Numbered from the stretch's first letter, positions 40,059 to 50,836 are shown. The stretch is 64,000 bases of DNA from Cyanobacteria bacterium auto_48_18 (GCA_036170915.1 JAVHQC010000035.1:160001-224000); one strand, 5' to 3'. The notes: generated from the letters alone by a model not told the origin. A program made the numbers and translations.

Positions 40059-40688
40059 TTGCCATTGCTTTCAACTGCGCTACCGATTGTCCCGAGTTTA
40101 GCTAGCTGTCAGCATTGTTCCACGGCTATAGATCCGGGATCAAAGTTTTGCGGTAACTGCGGCATTCCCACTGTTTTACCAGCCCGCATGGGTCCTAACG
40201 CCAGATATATAGAACAATCTTTGTCTGGAAACAGCAGCAGCGCCAGTGCGGTGCAAGCATCAAACGTGTTGAACACCAAGGCTGCCCAGTATCTCAAAGG
40301 CACTGAAGGAGCAGCAGCGGCTGCCAAAACCGGCGTTCCCAGCTTCGCCCGCAATAAGAAACACAGCCGCGCTATACCACCTGAAATGCAGGCTGAGATG
40401 GCGGGGCTCATGGCCGGCCTGGTGAGAGAGAATATTTTCCTGGTTGGTCACTACATGGTTTTCGCGGTCACTACTTTGATCGGCTTATGGATTGCAGTCA
40501 AATGCTTCGTCGAATTCAACGGTGACGAGTTAAGCAAGCTGATGATGGCCAGCACACCACTAATGTTTATCAACCTGACGGCACTGGTAGCTCTGGTGCC
40601 AATCAAGGGCACCAAGCGCGAGATTGCTCGCATTAATGAACGCATGACTTATCTCAAGCTCGCGATGGAACTTGATCACATCATCTAA
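40059..40688 (+). CDS. Zinc-ribbon protein with two C-terminal TM helices
   Basis: CQHC...KFCGNCG; two hydrophobic segments; AAGAGG RBS before TTG. Confidence 0.75.
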   Translation: MPLLSTALPIVPSLASCQHCSTAIDPGSKFCGNCGIPTVLPARMGPNARYIEQSLSGNSSSASAVQASNVLNTKAAQYLKGTEGAAAAAKTGVPSFARNKKHSRAIPPEMQAEMAGLMAGLVRENIFLVGHYMVFAVTTLIGLWIAVKCFVEFNGDELSKLMMASTPLMFINLTALVALVPIKGTKREIARINERMTYLKLAMELDHII

Positions 40689-40734
40689 TTGCAGAGCAGA
40701 GCAGACCAGACCAAACTAGACTAGATTTCAGTCT

Positions 40735-42213
40735 CTAGTCCGCAGTGGCAGGGCTCCAGCGCAAATTAGGTTTGCGGGCCGCTAGAGCCTCATCAAGCTT
40801 GCCTACCGGAGTATTGGTCGGAGCATGTCTGACGATATCAGGTGACTCGATGGACTCTTTATCAATCTGCAGCATGATTTCGGCAAATCGATCAAGCATT
40901 TCTTTGGCTTCCGTTTCAGTGGGCTCGATCATCATTGCTTCAGGCACAACTAGTGGGAAGTAGACAGTTGGTGCGTGCACACCAAAATCAAGCAAGCGCT
41001 TAGCCATCTGCGCTGTTGAAACACCACGTTCTTTTTGTCTGACGCCGGAAAGTACAAATTCGTGCATGCAAGCTTGCTCATGAGCCACCACAAAATTGCG
41101 GCTAAGTTTCACTTTGAGATAATTGGCATTCAAAATAGCATCGCGTGAAACCTGACACAAACCACCTTTACCATGAGCAAGAACATATGCGTAGGCGCGC
41201 ACCAGAATGCCGAAATTGCCATAAAAGCCTTTGACTTTGCCAATTGATTGCGAGCGGTCCCAATCAAGAGTGAACTTGTTTTCGCCGCCCTTCGCTTTGG
41301 TCACTACCGGTTTAGGCAAAAATGGTTCGAGAATATCGCGGCAGGCAACGGCACAAGCACCAGGGCCGCCACCACCATGAGGAGTGGAAAATGTTTTGTG
41401 CAAATTCAGATGGCAAACATCGAAGCCCATGTCGCCTGGTCTGACAAGACCCATAATGGCGTTAAGATTAGCTCCGTCGTAATAAAGCAAACCGCCGGCT
41501 TCGTGCACTAGTTTTTGCACGGTCATAATTTCTTCTTCGAACAATCCTAAGGTATTTGGATTTGTGAGCATAATGGCAGCGGTGTCTGGGCCAAGAGCAG
41601 CCTTAAGCGCTTCGGTGTCAACCAGGCCTTTTCCATTGCTTTTAATTTCCACTACGTCGAAACCGGCCAGAGCGGCGGTAGCAGGGTTGGTACCATGGGC
41701 AGTGTCAGGAACAATTACGGTACGACGTTTAGTGTCGCCTTTAGATTCGAAATAGGCACGAATCAAAAGCAGACCGGTTAGCTCACCGTGAGCTCCAGCA
41801 GCCGGTTGTAGAGTAACAGCAGGCAGGCCGACGACATTAGAGATCGACTGCTGCAATAGATAAAGCAACTCAAGAGCGCCCTGCACTTGATCTTCTGGTT
41901 GATTAGGATGCAGTTCTCTAAAACCTTCAAGAGCAGCCATGGCATCGTTAATTTTAGGATTGTATTTCATGGTGCACGAACCGAGCGGATAAAAACCGGT
42001 GTCGATGCAATGGTTTAAATGTGAAAGCTTGACAAAGTGCCGCACAGCTTCTAGCTCGCTTACTTCTGGTAATGCCGCCGCAATTTCGCGCACATAACCT
42101 TTAGGAATGAGCTTACTAACATCTTGAGCAGGAACTCCCGGCTTAGGCAAAATTTCTGTTCTTCTACCAGCTTGAGATTTTTCGTAAATTAGCTTTTCCA
42201 TTTCCATTCCCAT
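40735..42213 (-). CDS. gcvPB: Glycine dehydrogenase (decarboxylating) subunit 2
   Basis: [54 protein letters not shown]. Confidence 0.97.
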   Translation of the reverse strand: MGMEMEKLIYEKSQAGRRTEILPKPGVPAQDVSKLIPKGYVREIAAALPEVSELEAVRHFVKLSHLNHCIDTGFYPLGSCTMKYNPKINDAMAALEGFRELHPNQPEDQVQGALELLYLLQQSISNVVGLPAVTLQPAAGAHGELTGLLLIRAYFESKGDTKRRTVIVPDTAHGTNPATAALAGFDVVEIKSNGKGLVDTEALKAALGPDTAAIMLTNPNTLGLFEEEIMTVQKLVHEAGGLLYYDGANLNAIMGLVRPGDMGFDVCHLNLHKTFSTPHGGGGPGACAVACRDILEPFLPKPVVTKAKGGENKFTLDWDRSQSIGKVKGFYGNFGILVRAYAYVLAHGKGGLCQVSRDAILNANYLKVKLSRNFVVAHEQACMHEFVLSGVRQKERGVSTAQMAKRLLDFGVHAPTVYFPLVVPEAMMIEPTETEAKEMLDRFAEIMLQIDKESIESPDIVRHAPTNTPVGKLDEALAARKPNLRWSPATAD

Positions 42214-42237
42214 TTTTTAGCAGTTAGTTTTTCAGCG

Positions 42238-42891
42238 TTAGTGTTCGAAAATGCCTGACCATCCCAATAAATCGAGTTCACAAATGGCTGGCAAGGCCAC
42301 ATAAAGTTTTTCAGCCAGAGCCAGGCGATCTTCTCTTTTTAGAAGCGCCAGCACTTTTGTATAAAGCGGTAAAAGCATGCGCACATCGTTGGCGGCATAT
42401 TCGATTTGTTCGTCGGTAAGATCAAGCTGCGCCCAGTCACTGGTTTGATTAGACTTATCGAGCTCCACCCCGAGCAATTCATGAACAAGATCTTTTAAGC
42501 CATGCTTATCTGTATAGGTGCGCACCAGCTTCGAACCAATTTTTGTGCAGAAAATGGGAGCAACATTGATACCTAGATAATATTTGAGCACCGCCACGTC
42601 AAAGCGGGCGAAGTGGAAAAGCTTGAGCACATTTGGCGCTTCACACAGTTTCTTCACATTCGACATGGTGTCGGTCTTTAAATCATCAAGACTTTTGTAG
42701 CGGACAAAGCTGACAACACCTTCGTCATCACAAATTTGGATCAGACAAAGGCGATCGCGCCGTACAATCAAACCCCTGGTCTCGGTATCGATAGCTACCA
42801 CTGACTTTTTCAAATAGTGCTGCAAACGCTCGTCGGGTATGTCGTTTTCAAACAGTTCGGCTTTACGATGCTTGACCAGTTCAGACTTCAC
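42238..42891 (-). CDS. DEDDy 3'-5' exonuclease (RNase D-like)
   Basis: AIDTET.GL...RDRLCLIQ, FHFARFD, SKLVRTYT..HGLK, SDW, YAANDV. Confidence 0.92.
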   Translation of the reverse strand: MKSELVKHRKAELFENDIPDERLQHYLKKSVVAIDTETRGLIVRRDRLCLIQICDDEGVVSFVRYKSLDDLKTDTMSNVKKLCEAPNVLKLFHFARFDVAVLKYYLGINVAPIFCTKIGSKLVRTYTDKHGLKDLVHELLGVELDKSNQTSDWAQLDLTDEQIEYAANDVRMLLPLYTKVLALLKREDRLALAEKLYVALPAICELDLLGWSGIFEH

Positions 42892-42983
42892 AGAATCACC
42901 AGGGCAAATTTGTACAACGCAATAAATTATAGACTCAAGAGAGAGTCAATTCCTTAGATATTGCGCTTCTAATGATTGGCAAG

Positions 42984-44315
42984 TCATTGGCAAGCATCAT
43001 CTAGAGCTTCAGCCAGATGCTTAACCTTGACATTGAGACCGCGCGCCTTGACCCCTGCTTCAAGCTGCAGCATGCAACCAGGATTGCAGGTGACAACCAG
43101 GTCGGCACCAGATTCTTCTATAAACTTCATCTTGCGATCAAGCACTTTTAAACTCAATGAAGTATTGAGCAAATTGTAGATGCCGGCACTGCCACAGCAA
43201 TGCTCAGCTTCGGGTAAATCATATAAATGAGCGCCGATGCCCGCCGCAAGCGCACTGAGTAGTGCTTGAGGCTCGGCGCGCACGCCCTGGGCGTGAGCTA
43301 AATGGCAAGCGGCATGGTAAACAATATGCGCTTTGGTCTGAGTTTCAGGGCCGGCTGCCGATGGGCAGCTCATAGTATCTGCAGGGAAATCACCGGCAGC
43401 CAGAGTTTGCGAGAGGTCTTGCACACGAGAGGCAAATTTAGAGGCACGGTCGGCCCACTGTGGCTCATTGGCCAGCAGCACCGGATAATGCTTGAGCATG
43501 GCACCACAACCAGCTGAAGTGACCACAATTTTGTCATTGTCAACAGCGCCCTCGAACAGATCAATGTTGCGCCGCGCCAGCACTCTGGCAATATCATCCT
43601 CGCCGGCATGGTAAGCCAGCGCACCACAGCAGGTCTGCTCAGGCACCTCCACAATATTGCCTTGACGCACCAAAAGTCGCAAAGCCGCGTGGTTGACATG
43701 ATTATAAAAAACATCCATAACGCAGCCGCTGAATAATTTTGCCGCACCGCTTTTGGTGCCTGCACGCCATGATTTTTTAGGTAGCGGAATATGCTTCGGC
43801 ACCACCGGCGTGAACATTTGAAAATCAGCAAGTTTACGCAAAATAGCAAGTTTACTGGTGCTAAATTTTGCGGCCAGAGAGTCAAGCTTAAGCTGTTGCA
43901 CTGTGCGCAGCATTGACCCGAAAATTTTCAAGCGACCGTAGTGCGGCAAAATCTGAGAAAATGAAAATCGCAAGATTGTGCGCAATAGCCCGTTGCGACG
44001 AGCTGCCAGATGAGGCCGAGCCCCGTCGAGAATAGCTTCATAGTTAACGCCTGATGGACACGCTGTTTGACAGCCCAGGCAGCCAAGGCAAGATTCAAGA
44101 TGTTCAGCTGCTCGTGGTGCCAGCTCTCCGCCAAGCTCTTGCCATTTGGCCAGCAAATAAATACGACCTCGAGGTGACTCCATTTCTCTACCCGTAGCCA
44201 GGTAGGTCGGACAAGCCGGTAAACAGAGGCCACAGTGAATGCAGCTGTCGAGCAACTCTTGGCTGAGCGCAGCCTCACCGGCGCCAATCTTAATAACGCT
44301 ATCGTTGCTAGACAA
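42984..44315 (-). CDS. glcF: Glycolate oxidase iron-sulfur subunit
   Basis: Two CxxCxxCxxxCP ferredoxin motifs; CCG domains; NPGC..QL. Confidence 0.9.
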   Translation of the reverse strand: MSSNDSVIKIGAGEAALSQELLDSCIHCGLCLPACPTYLATGREMESPRGRIYLLAKWQELGGELAPRAAEHLESCLGCLGCQTACPSGVNYEAILDGARPHLAARRNGLLRTILRFSFSQILPHYGRLKIFGSMLRTVQQLKLDSLAAKFSTSKLAILRKLADFQMFTPVVPKHIPLPKKSWRAGTKSGAAKLFSGCVMDVFYNHVNHAALRLLVRQGNIVEVPEQTCCGALAYHAGEDDIARVLARRNIDLFEGAVDNDKIVVTSAGCGAMLKHYPVLLANEPQWADRASKFASRVQDLSQTLAAGDFPADTMSCPSAAGPETQTKAHIVYHAACHLAHAQGVRAEPQALLSALAAGIGAHLYDLPEAEHCCGSAGIYNLLNTSLSLKVLDRKMKFIEESGADLVVTCNPGCMLQLEAGVKARGLNVKVKHLAEALDDACQ

Positions 44316-45618
44316 AGGTCACCTGCGGGCTGAGCGCCGCAGCCGGGTCAAATTTTTCTTTTAAACGCCCAAGCAATAGTTCTAGAGCCGGTTGCGCCTC
44401 ACGCAGGCGCCTTGAACTAAACCGGTAAGGACCACGCTGGGCTGCCACCACCAGTGATTCCCAGTCAGCCAGTGCACTGCCATCATTTCTTTCGCGACAT
44501 TGATTTAAAATTGTCGATATTAGAGCCAGGTCGCGATCTACGCCAGAGTCGCTGTCGCTGTGCAAATAAAGCCTGCCAGAAGACGGCCTGATGCGCAGCA
44601 GGCCACGATCTTTAATAGAAATCAACCTATCGAGAATGCCACGAATGAGCGCAAGCGAGGCAGCCACTTCAACACCAAATATAGTGCTGCCAAAGTTAGT
44701 GGTTAGTGCAGCGCGTGCATGATCTTCATCAACCCCCAGCCACTTTAAAGTCGCCAGCGCCGCCTCTACCTGAATCGATACATCGCCCACTAGCTCTGCC
44801 GGCCCGCTAATTTGAATGTATAGTTGATAGCTGCGACCGCCGCTACCATTAGCTTCAATAATTTCCAAAGCCGATAGTGGCAAGCCTGTTGCCAGAAGTC
44901 GCGCACAAAGTGCGAGTAATTCGGCTGAATGCATAGAGGTTACACAAAAATTGACTGTCTTTTCAGGAATGGCATAAAGACGCAAATAGGCCAAATATGG
45001 AAAGGCCAGTGAGCCCTGGGAGCCAATAATCAATTTGCCTACATCAAAACCAGTGACGTTCTTAAGCACGCGGCCACCAGTTTTTAAAATTTCGCCTTGA
45101 CCACAAACAGATTCAAGGCCAAGAACTTGACTGCGCAAAAAACCATAACCATTTTCGAGATAGCCGCCATCACCACGTAAAATCAGCTCGCACAATGTGA
45201 GCGAGTCTGAAGCAAATGTATCAACCGGAAAGAATTGACCTTGCGAGGCCAGCTGATTATTAAGCGCCTTGACAGTTAGGCCGGTCTGACAGGCAATTAC
45301 CAGATCACTAGCAACATGTTCACGGGTGCCGGTCAATGCCGAAAAATCGATGAAGATATGATCGCGGTCTATGACTGTGTCTGCATTAGAATGGTCTGCA
45401 TTAGAATGGTCTGTATCAAAATAATCAGAGTTAAAAGCTCCTGCATAGAAAGCGCATTTGGGACCATACTGGCTCTTAAGGAGCAATCGCAGTTGCTCTT
45501 CAGAAGTGGGTCTGACTTCGTACCAGATCATTTCTTCGGCGGCTGCCGAACCGAGCTTATGCACTCCGTTTCTTTCAACGGAGCAAACTTTGCTCAATGC
45601 AAATGTATCGGTAGGCAT
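44308..45618 (-). CDS. glcE: FAD-binding oxidoreductase, GlcE-like
   Basis: GGRVLKNVTGFDV.KL.IGS.G.L; C-terminal LKEKFDP; overlaps glcF start. Confidence 0.75.
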   Translation of the reverse strand: MPTDTFALSKVCSVERNGVHKLGSAAAEEMIWYEVRPTSEEQLRLLLKSQYGPKCAFYAGAFNSDYFDTDHSNADHSNADTVIDRDHIFIDFSALTGTREHVASDLVIACQTGLTVKALNNQLASQGQFFPVDTFASDSLTLCELILRGDGGYLENGYGFLRSQVLGLESVCGQGEILKTGGRVLKNVTGFDVGKLIIGSQGSLAFPYLAYLRLYAIPEKTVNFCVTSMHSAELLALCARLLATGLPLSALEIIEANGSGGRSYQLYIQISGPAELVGDVSIQVEAALATLKWLGVDEDHARAALTTNFGSTIFGVEVAASLALIRGILDRLISIKDRGLLRIRPSSGRLYLHSDSDSGVDRDLALISTILNQCRERNDGSALADWESLVVAAQRGPYRFSSRRLREAQPALELLLGRLKEKFDPAAALSPQVTFV

Positions 45619-45716
45619 CTAATGAATCTTAGTGCACAAACGGCAATTAGCACAATATAGCCAAAGCATATGTCGGCAAACTGCTAAAATTCACATGTTC
45701 AATTGAAGTCAATTAG

Positions 45717-45770
45717 CAACTAAACAAATCAACAATCCAACAAATCAGCAAATCAACAAATCAACAAATT
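45717..45770. repeat. Degenerate 8-bp tandem repeat (CAACAAAT, about 6 copies) immediately upstream of csaB
   Basis: caactaaacaaatcaacaatccaacaaatcagcaaatcaacaaatcaacaaatt. Confidence 0.8.
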
Positions 45771-45774
45771 ACCT

Positions 45775-46899
45775 ATGGCCCGCAACTTAATTTTGATCTC
45801 AGGTTACTACGGTTTCGATAATCTGGGCGATGAAGCCATTCTCGAACAACTCATCTGCGAAGTGCGCAGCGTCACCGGTAATACTGATGAAATAGTTGTG
45901 CTCTCCAATGATCCTCAGGCCACCAGCAGCACTTTCGGCGTGCGCAGTGTTGACCGTTGGAAAGTACTCGCTTTGCCTCCGCTGATGACCCAAACACGGC
46001 TGTTTATAAGCGGAGGCGGCGGGCTCTTTCAAGCTACGGAATCAATTAAATCGATTATTTATTACGGCAGTCTGATTGCCGTAGCCCGCATGCTCGGCGC
46101 CGATACTCTGATTTATGCCCAGGGTCTCGGCCCTCTGAAAACTAAATTGAGTCAGAATCTGACCAAACAAGCTTTGGGTTTTGCACAATATATGACTGTG
46201 AGAGACGATAGCTCTCAGTCGCTGCTCGAGTCGTGGCAGCTGCAATCACAGCGCACCGCTGACCCTGTCTGGGCCCTCAAGGCTTCACCACTGCCGCCTG
46301 CTGTGCAACAAGCTCTCGACCAGGCGCGCACAGGCCCAGTGGAGCAATTGGTTGGTCTATCACTGAGGACCGGAGGAGGATTCAGCCAGACCCATTTGCA
46401 AAAACTTGTGGAAGCCCTTAATCAATCATTGAGCAAAAACACGGCTATCGTGCTTTTGCCCTTGCAAAACGAGCAAGACAAACCGATTTTGGCCGACTTT
46501 GCTCAAATGTGGCAAAAGTGCGGCCGCGGCTCAGTGGAACTGCCCCTTGAATTAATGACATTGCCCAGTCAGTGGTTATCACTGATGAGCTGCTTAGATT
46601 TTGTCGTGGGTATGCGTTTGCATTCGCTAATTATGGCTCTGGCCAGCGGCAAAGCGGTAATTGGCATTGCTTATGATGCAAAAGTCGAGACTGTTTTGAA
46701 ACAATTCGAGCAAACAAATTTGGCTTTTACTAGAGATAGTGAAAAGGCAGAAGAATGCAGTCAGTGGGCGGAAAAAGTAGCTAATGTGGTAACCAACCAA
46801 CAAAAGTTTGCTGCCATTGCCGCAAAGATGGCCGCTCAAAGCCGCGAACTTGCTTGCCAGAACGGTGCCCTTATCGCTAAAATTTTAGCTAGTAAATAG
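45775..46899 (+). CDS. csaB: Polysaccharide pyruvyl transferase CsaB
   Basis: SGYYGFDNLGDEAIL, SGGGGLFQ, AQGLGPL, VRD, GMRLHSLI.A. Confidence 0.92.
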   Translation: MARNLILISGYYGFDNLGDEAILEQLICEVRSVTGNTDEIVVLSNDPQATSSTFGVRSVDRWKVLALPPLMTQTRLFISGGGGLFQATESIKSIIYYGSLIAVARMLGADTLIYAQGLGPLKTKLSQNLTKQALGFAQYMTVRDDSSQSLLESWQLQSQRTADPVWALKASPLPPAVQQALDQARTGPVEQLVGLSLRTGGGFSQTHLQKLVEALNQSLSKNTAIVLLPLQNEQDKPILADFAQMWQKCGRGSVELPLELMTLPSQWLSLMSCLDFVVGMRLHSLIMALASGKAVIGIAYDAKVETVLKQFEQTNLAFTRDSEKAEECSQWAEKVANVVTNQQKFAAIAAKMAAQSRELACQNGALIAKILASK

Positions 46900-46976
46900 A
46901 CGCTAATTAACTACTAATTTTAACGGCTAATTGCAATGCCACTGTCTGTGATACTAAACTAACTTGTGAATCTAAT

Positions 46977-47756
46977 ATGATATCGAACACTTCAGTTGCC
47001 GAAAATCGCGAACATGTGCTGAGCTATCCGGTGGATCTGCTGAGCGAGAGTGAGGCAGTGGCAAAAATAGAGCAGGCCTGGAAGTCTAATCAAGCTCTAC
47101 ATGTGGTGACGCTGAATGCCGAGATGGTGGTGGCATCACAGAGAGACGAGCAGCTCGACCGCATCATTCGCCGCGCTCAACTGGTAGTTCCTGATGGGGC
47201 CGGTGTAGTCTGGGCCATTAAACTGGCTGATGCAAAAAATGCTTCGGTGAAGCGTTTGCCCGGCATTGAACTCGCAGCAGGTTCACTAGCCGCTGCTGCG
47301 CGGCTTGGGCAGCCTGTGGCCTTAATCGGCGGGCGCAAAGAAGTAATGGACAAGCTGGTGGAAGAGCTGCCGAGAGTGCATCAAGGCCTAAAGATTGTGG
47401 CCTTTGCCAACGGTTTTTATAACAAAGAAAAAGAAACAGAGATGGTCGAGCAAATTGCAGCGGCACAGCCCAAGCTGGTTCTGGTAGCCCTTGGTGTGCC
47501 AAGACAAGAATATTTTATCGAGCGCTTTAGCAGCCATTTCCCTCAGGCAGTGATGATTGGAGTGGGCGGCAGTTTTGATGTCTGGACAGGTTTTGTTAAA
47601 CGCGCGCCGGAGACCTTTCAAAAATTCCACTGTGAATGGCTGTACAGGCTGATAAAAGAGCCATGGCGTTTCGGTCGCATGGCACAGTCTCTGCCAAATT
47701 TCGCACTGCAGGCCGCAGCTGAAATTGTGGCTAAGCGCACTGGTCAAAAAAAATAA
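46977..47756 (+). CDS. WecB/TagA/CpsF family glycosyltransferase
   Basis: VVTLNAEM, PDG.GV, LG.PRQE, GVGGSFDV, EWLYRL..EPWR. Confidence 0.94.
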   Translation: MISNTSVAENREHVLSYPVDLLSESEAVAKIEQAWKSNQALHVVTLNAEMVVASQRDEQLDRIIRRAQLVVPDGAGVVWAIKLADAKNASVKRLPGIELAAGSLAAAARLGQPVALIGGRKEVMDKLVEELPRVHQGLKIVAFANGFYNKEKETEMVEQIAAAQPKLVLVALGVPRQEYFIERFSSHFPQAVMIGVGGSFDVWTGFVKRAPETFQKFHCEWLYRLIKEPWRFGRMAQSLPNFALQAAAEIVAKRTGQKK

Positions 47757-47757
47757 C

Positions 47758-48189
47758 ATGCTTTTTGGCAAGACTTTTCACCAGTCAGTAACGCCAGAAG
47801 AGCGTCTTCGCCTGGTGAAAGATATTCCATTGCGTAATCTCGCTCACCTTGGTGACGCCGTCTTTGAGTTATTTGAAAGAGAGCGAGAAGTAATCGCCGC
47901 CGCCACTGTGCGCAAGTTGCACAATCAAGTAGTCTCAAGAGTCAATTCGAAAGAGCAAGCAAGGCTTTTAGAATTGCTAAAGCCTGCTCTAACAGAAGAC
48001 GAGCTCGACATGGTCAGACGGGCTCGCAATTTAAAACCAGGCGGCTTCAGACGCAATGTTGAACAATCTATATTGCGCCAGGCCACTGCCTTTGAAGCGC
48101 TGATTGGCTATCGATTTCTAACTGACGAAGATAGATTGCAAGAGCTACTAGCTTTGACCGATGTCTCAGAAAACCAAATCGAAAGCTAA
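47758..48189 (+). CDS. mrnC: Mini-ribonuclease III
   Basis: LAHLGDAVFEL, LTEDE....RRARN, QATAFEALIGY. Confidence 0.9.
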   Translation: MLFGKTFHQSVTPEERLRLVKDIPLRNLAHLGDAVFELFEREREVIAAATVRKLHNQVVSRVNSKEQARLLELLKPALTEDELDMVRRARNLKPGGFRRNVEQSILRQATAFEALIGYRFLTDEDRLQELLALTDVSENQIES

Positions 48190-48304
48190 AGGCGAAGTTA
48201 AAAAGCCTCTAAAGTGAGCAATTAATGCGTTAAACCTTAAGGATAGGTTGTAATGCCAAACAGCCTCTATATCTGATGCTAAGTTAGATTTCAGGAAGTA
48301 CTGA

Positions 48305-48336
48305 CTAAAAGCTACCGACCTCTAAAAGCTACCGAC
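48305..48336. repeat. Direct repeat TAAAAGCTACCGAC x2 (17-bp period) upstream of kinase gene
   Basis: Seen directly. Confidence 0.75.
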
Positions 48337-48359
48337 ATAGAAACAGCGAAACATTTGCC

Positions 48360-49478
48360 GTGTCACTCCAGACTGAAGAAATTTACCGCACACTATTACA
48401 AAATTCGGCTGATGCTGTTGTAGTAACCGACAACGACGGTTTAATTACCAGCACTAATCCTTCTTTTGCCAAACTGGTAGGCGACGAAACCACGAGCATC
48501 ATCGGCAGCCAAATAACTTCCTTTGTGGACTGGCACAGCCACGATGAAGCCGACGCTCGACTTGGACACACGCCTGACAAAAAAGAAGATGAGCACGGCA
48601 ATGATGAACCGAAACCAATAACGGTGCTCACCAGATCAGGTGCCGAATTTATAATGCCGGCCTCTCGCTTTCCCCTTAAAGACGAAAAATCAGGCTCTGC
48701 CTGGGGCTTTTTAACGATCATTTATGTCATTCAAGCGAATTCACTACAACAAGCACAAACCGAATTTGTCAGCACAGTCAGTCATGAATTGCGCACACCA
48801 CTGACCAGCATCAAGGGTTTTGCAGACACTATTTTGCGCGCCGGCGATCGTTTAGATGTGGCTCAGCAGCGCCGCTATGTAGGCATCATTAAAGATCAAG
48901 CCGATCGCCTGACACGATTGGTGGAAGATATCCTGGCGGTCTCAAGGCTCGAATCAAAAAAATTGCAACTGACTATTCGCGCGATTGATCCGCTCGAAGC
49001 TATCGAAAGAGTGCAACAAAATCTTACCGACAAAGCTAAAAACCACAAAGTGGTAGTCAATGTTGCCCCCAGCCTGACACCAGTATGGGCCGACGCAGAC
49101 AGACTAGAGCAGATACTGACCAATCTTATAGACAATGCCATCAAATATTCACCAGCTGGAACAACAGTAACCATAACTGCCAAGGGCCTGGAAAAAGCCA
49201 CCGCCAGTGATGCCGAAATGGTTGAATTTGCCATCAGCGACGAAGGCGTGGGTATTCCTGAAGAGCACCTACCCCAGGTATTTTCCAAGTTCGGCAGGTT
49301 AGATAATCCGCTAGTGCGGCAGACTGAAGGCACAGGCCTTGGTCTCTACATCACACGCTCGCTGTGCCTCGCCCTTGGTGGTCAAATCTCAGTTTCCAGT
49401 CAGCCGGGCAACACCACATTCACTGTCAAACTGCCTGCTGCTACGCTCGAACTACAAGCGGCTAGAGGGAGGGATTAA
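48360..49478 (+). CDS. Cytoplasmic PAS-domain sensor histidine kinase
   Basis: N-terminal PAS (DAVVVTDNDG.I...N); SHELRTPLTSIKGF; NLIDNAIKYS; GTGLGL. Confidence 0.93.
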   Translation: MSLQTEEIYRTLLQNSADAVVVTDNDGLITSTNPSFAKLVGDETTSIIGSQITSFVDWHSHDEADARLGHTPDKKEDEHGNDEPKPITVLTRSGAEFIMPASRFPLKDEKSGSAWGFLTIIYVIQANSLQQAQTEFVSTVSHELRTPLTSIKGFADTILRAGDRLDVAQQRRYVGIIKDQADRLTRLVEDILAVSRLESKKLQLTIRAIDPLEAIERVQQNLTDKAKNHKVVVNVAPSLTPVWADADRLEQILTNLIDNAIKYSPAGTTVTITAKGLEKATASDAEMVEFAISDEGVGIPEEHLPQVFSKFGRLDNPLVRQTEGTGLGLYITRSLCLALGGQISVSSQPGNTTFTVKLPAATLELQAARGRD

Positions 49479-50836
49479 TGCTCCTACCCACGCCAGTCAT
49501 TTTAATTATCAACCAGGCCAGACAAGCAGCTGAATTTTCTTCCGTATTGGAAAAAACCGGCAGCAAGGTACACGCAGTAACTTCTTTTGAAGAAGCAAAT
49601 GAATTGCTTTCTTTTCTGCACCCAGACATTATCATTCTGCCGAATCAGCTTGAGGGCGTGAGCACAGGTGATGGCAGGCTCTACTGCCAGCAAATCAGAG
49701 CAACGCTGGCGCCACCACGGCCGGTGCTTGTCTTGCTGCATCCATCAACTGATGTAACAGAGCGCATTAACGCTTTTCGCTATGGTGCTGATGACGTGCT
49801 TGGCGATCCAATCGATAAAAACGAGCTGGCCATACGTGTTTTGGCCCACTTGCGCAGGCGCCAGGAAGAATTTTCCAACCCCCTGACTCAGCTGCCTGGC
49901 CCTAACTTAATTAGACGCATGCTCGAGCAATGTCTCTATTCTGATAAAACCTGGTCGGTGATGTCTATCGACTTAAATAAAATTCGAGTCTATAACGAGA
50001 CTTACGGAGACCTGGCCGGCGATCAGCTAATTAAGGCTCTGGCAGCCATTCTCCTTGATGTGGCTGACGAAACAGAATTTGTCGGCCACCTGGAAGCCGA
50101 TGACTTCATTATGGTAACCAGACCAGAAGTAGCTGAGCGAAAAGCAGAGCTTATATGCCAGCAATTCGACAGTGTCAGCTCGCGCTTTTACCCCAAAGGA
50201 GATATTGCTCGCGGCTATTTGATCTCTACTGGTCGGGGCGGAATTCGGCGGCGTGTACCATTGATCTCAATTGCAGTTGGTATCGTCAGTAATACCGTGA
50301 GAAAATTCCAGTCTTACATCGATGTGCTCACCAACGCCCGCGACCACCGCAATGTGGCCAAGCAAAAACAGGGTTCTTTCTGGGTCTCTGATAACAATCT
50401 GGAAGAAGAATTGCAAGAGACAAGTGCCAATAACGGCCAACATTCTGCGCCCACCGTCATTGATCGCACCTCGCGTATTCTGGTGGTAGAACCTGATGGT
50501 GCCATGGCCTGCTTACTGCAAGAAACTCTAGCCTTAGAAGGATACTGTGTGCAGGTGACCAGCTCTGCTGATGACGCCTTAGAACTAGCGCGCTTCGAGC
50601 CGCCAGACCTAATTTTGCTGGAATCAAATTTGATTGACCGAAAAATGGACGGTTGGAATCTTTGCCGTGCTCTAAAGGCTGATATGGTGCTTTCCAAAAT
50701 CTGGATCGTAATGGCAACTTCTCACCCGGATCAGCTGCTGGCTCTGGAAGCCGGTGCCGACCTTTATTTGCCAAAACCTTTTGATATTCCCAATCTGCTC
50801 AGTGAAGTGAGTTTGTTGCTGCGCTCTCGCGTCTAA
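49478..50836 (+). CDS. REC - degenerate GGDEF - REC response regulator
   Basis: NPLT.LPG, YN.TYG...GD, 'GHLEADDF' at the GGDEF site; C-terminal REC with GAD.YL.KPF; overlaps kinase stop. Confidence 0.85.
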   Translation: MLLPTPVILIINQARQAAEFSSVLEKTGSKVHAVTSFEEANELLSFLHPDIIILPNQLEGVSTGDGRLYCQQIRATLAPPRPVLVLLHPSTDVTERINAFRYGADDVLGDPIDKNELAIRVLAHLRRRQEEFSNPLTQLPGPNLIRRMLEQCLYSDKTWSVMSIDLNKIRVYNETYGDLAGDQLIKALAAILLDVADETEFVGHLEADDFIMVTRPEVAERKAELICQQFDSVSSRFYPKGDIARGYLISTGRGGIRRRVPLISIAVGIVSNTVRKFQSYIDVLTNARDHRNVAKQKQGSFWVSDNNLEEELQETSANNGQHSAPTVIDRTSRILVVEPDGAMACLLQETLALEGYCVQVTSSADDALELARFEPPDLILLESNLIDRKMDGWNLCRALKADMVLSKIWIVMATSHPDQLLALEAGADLYLPKPFDIPNLLSEVSLLLRSRV

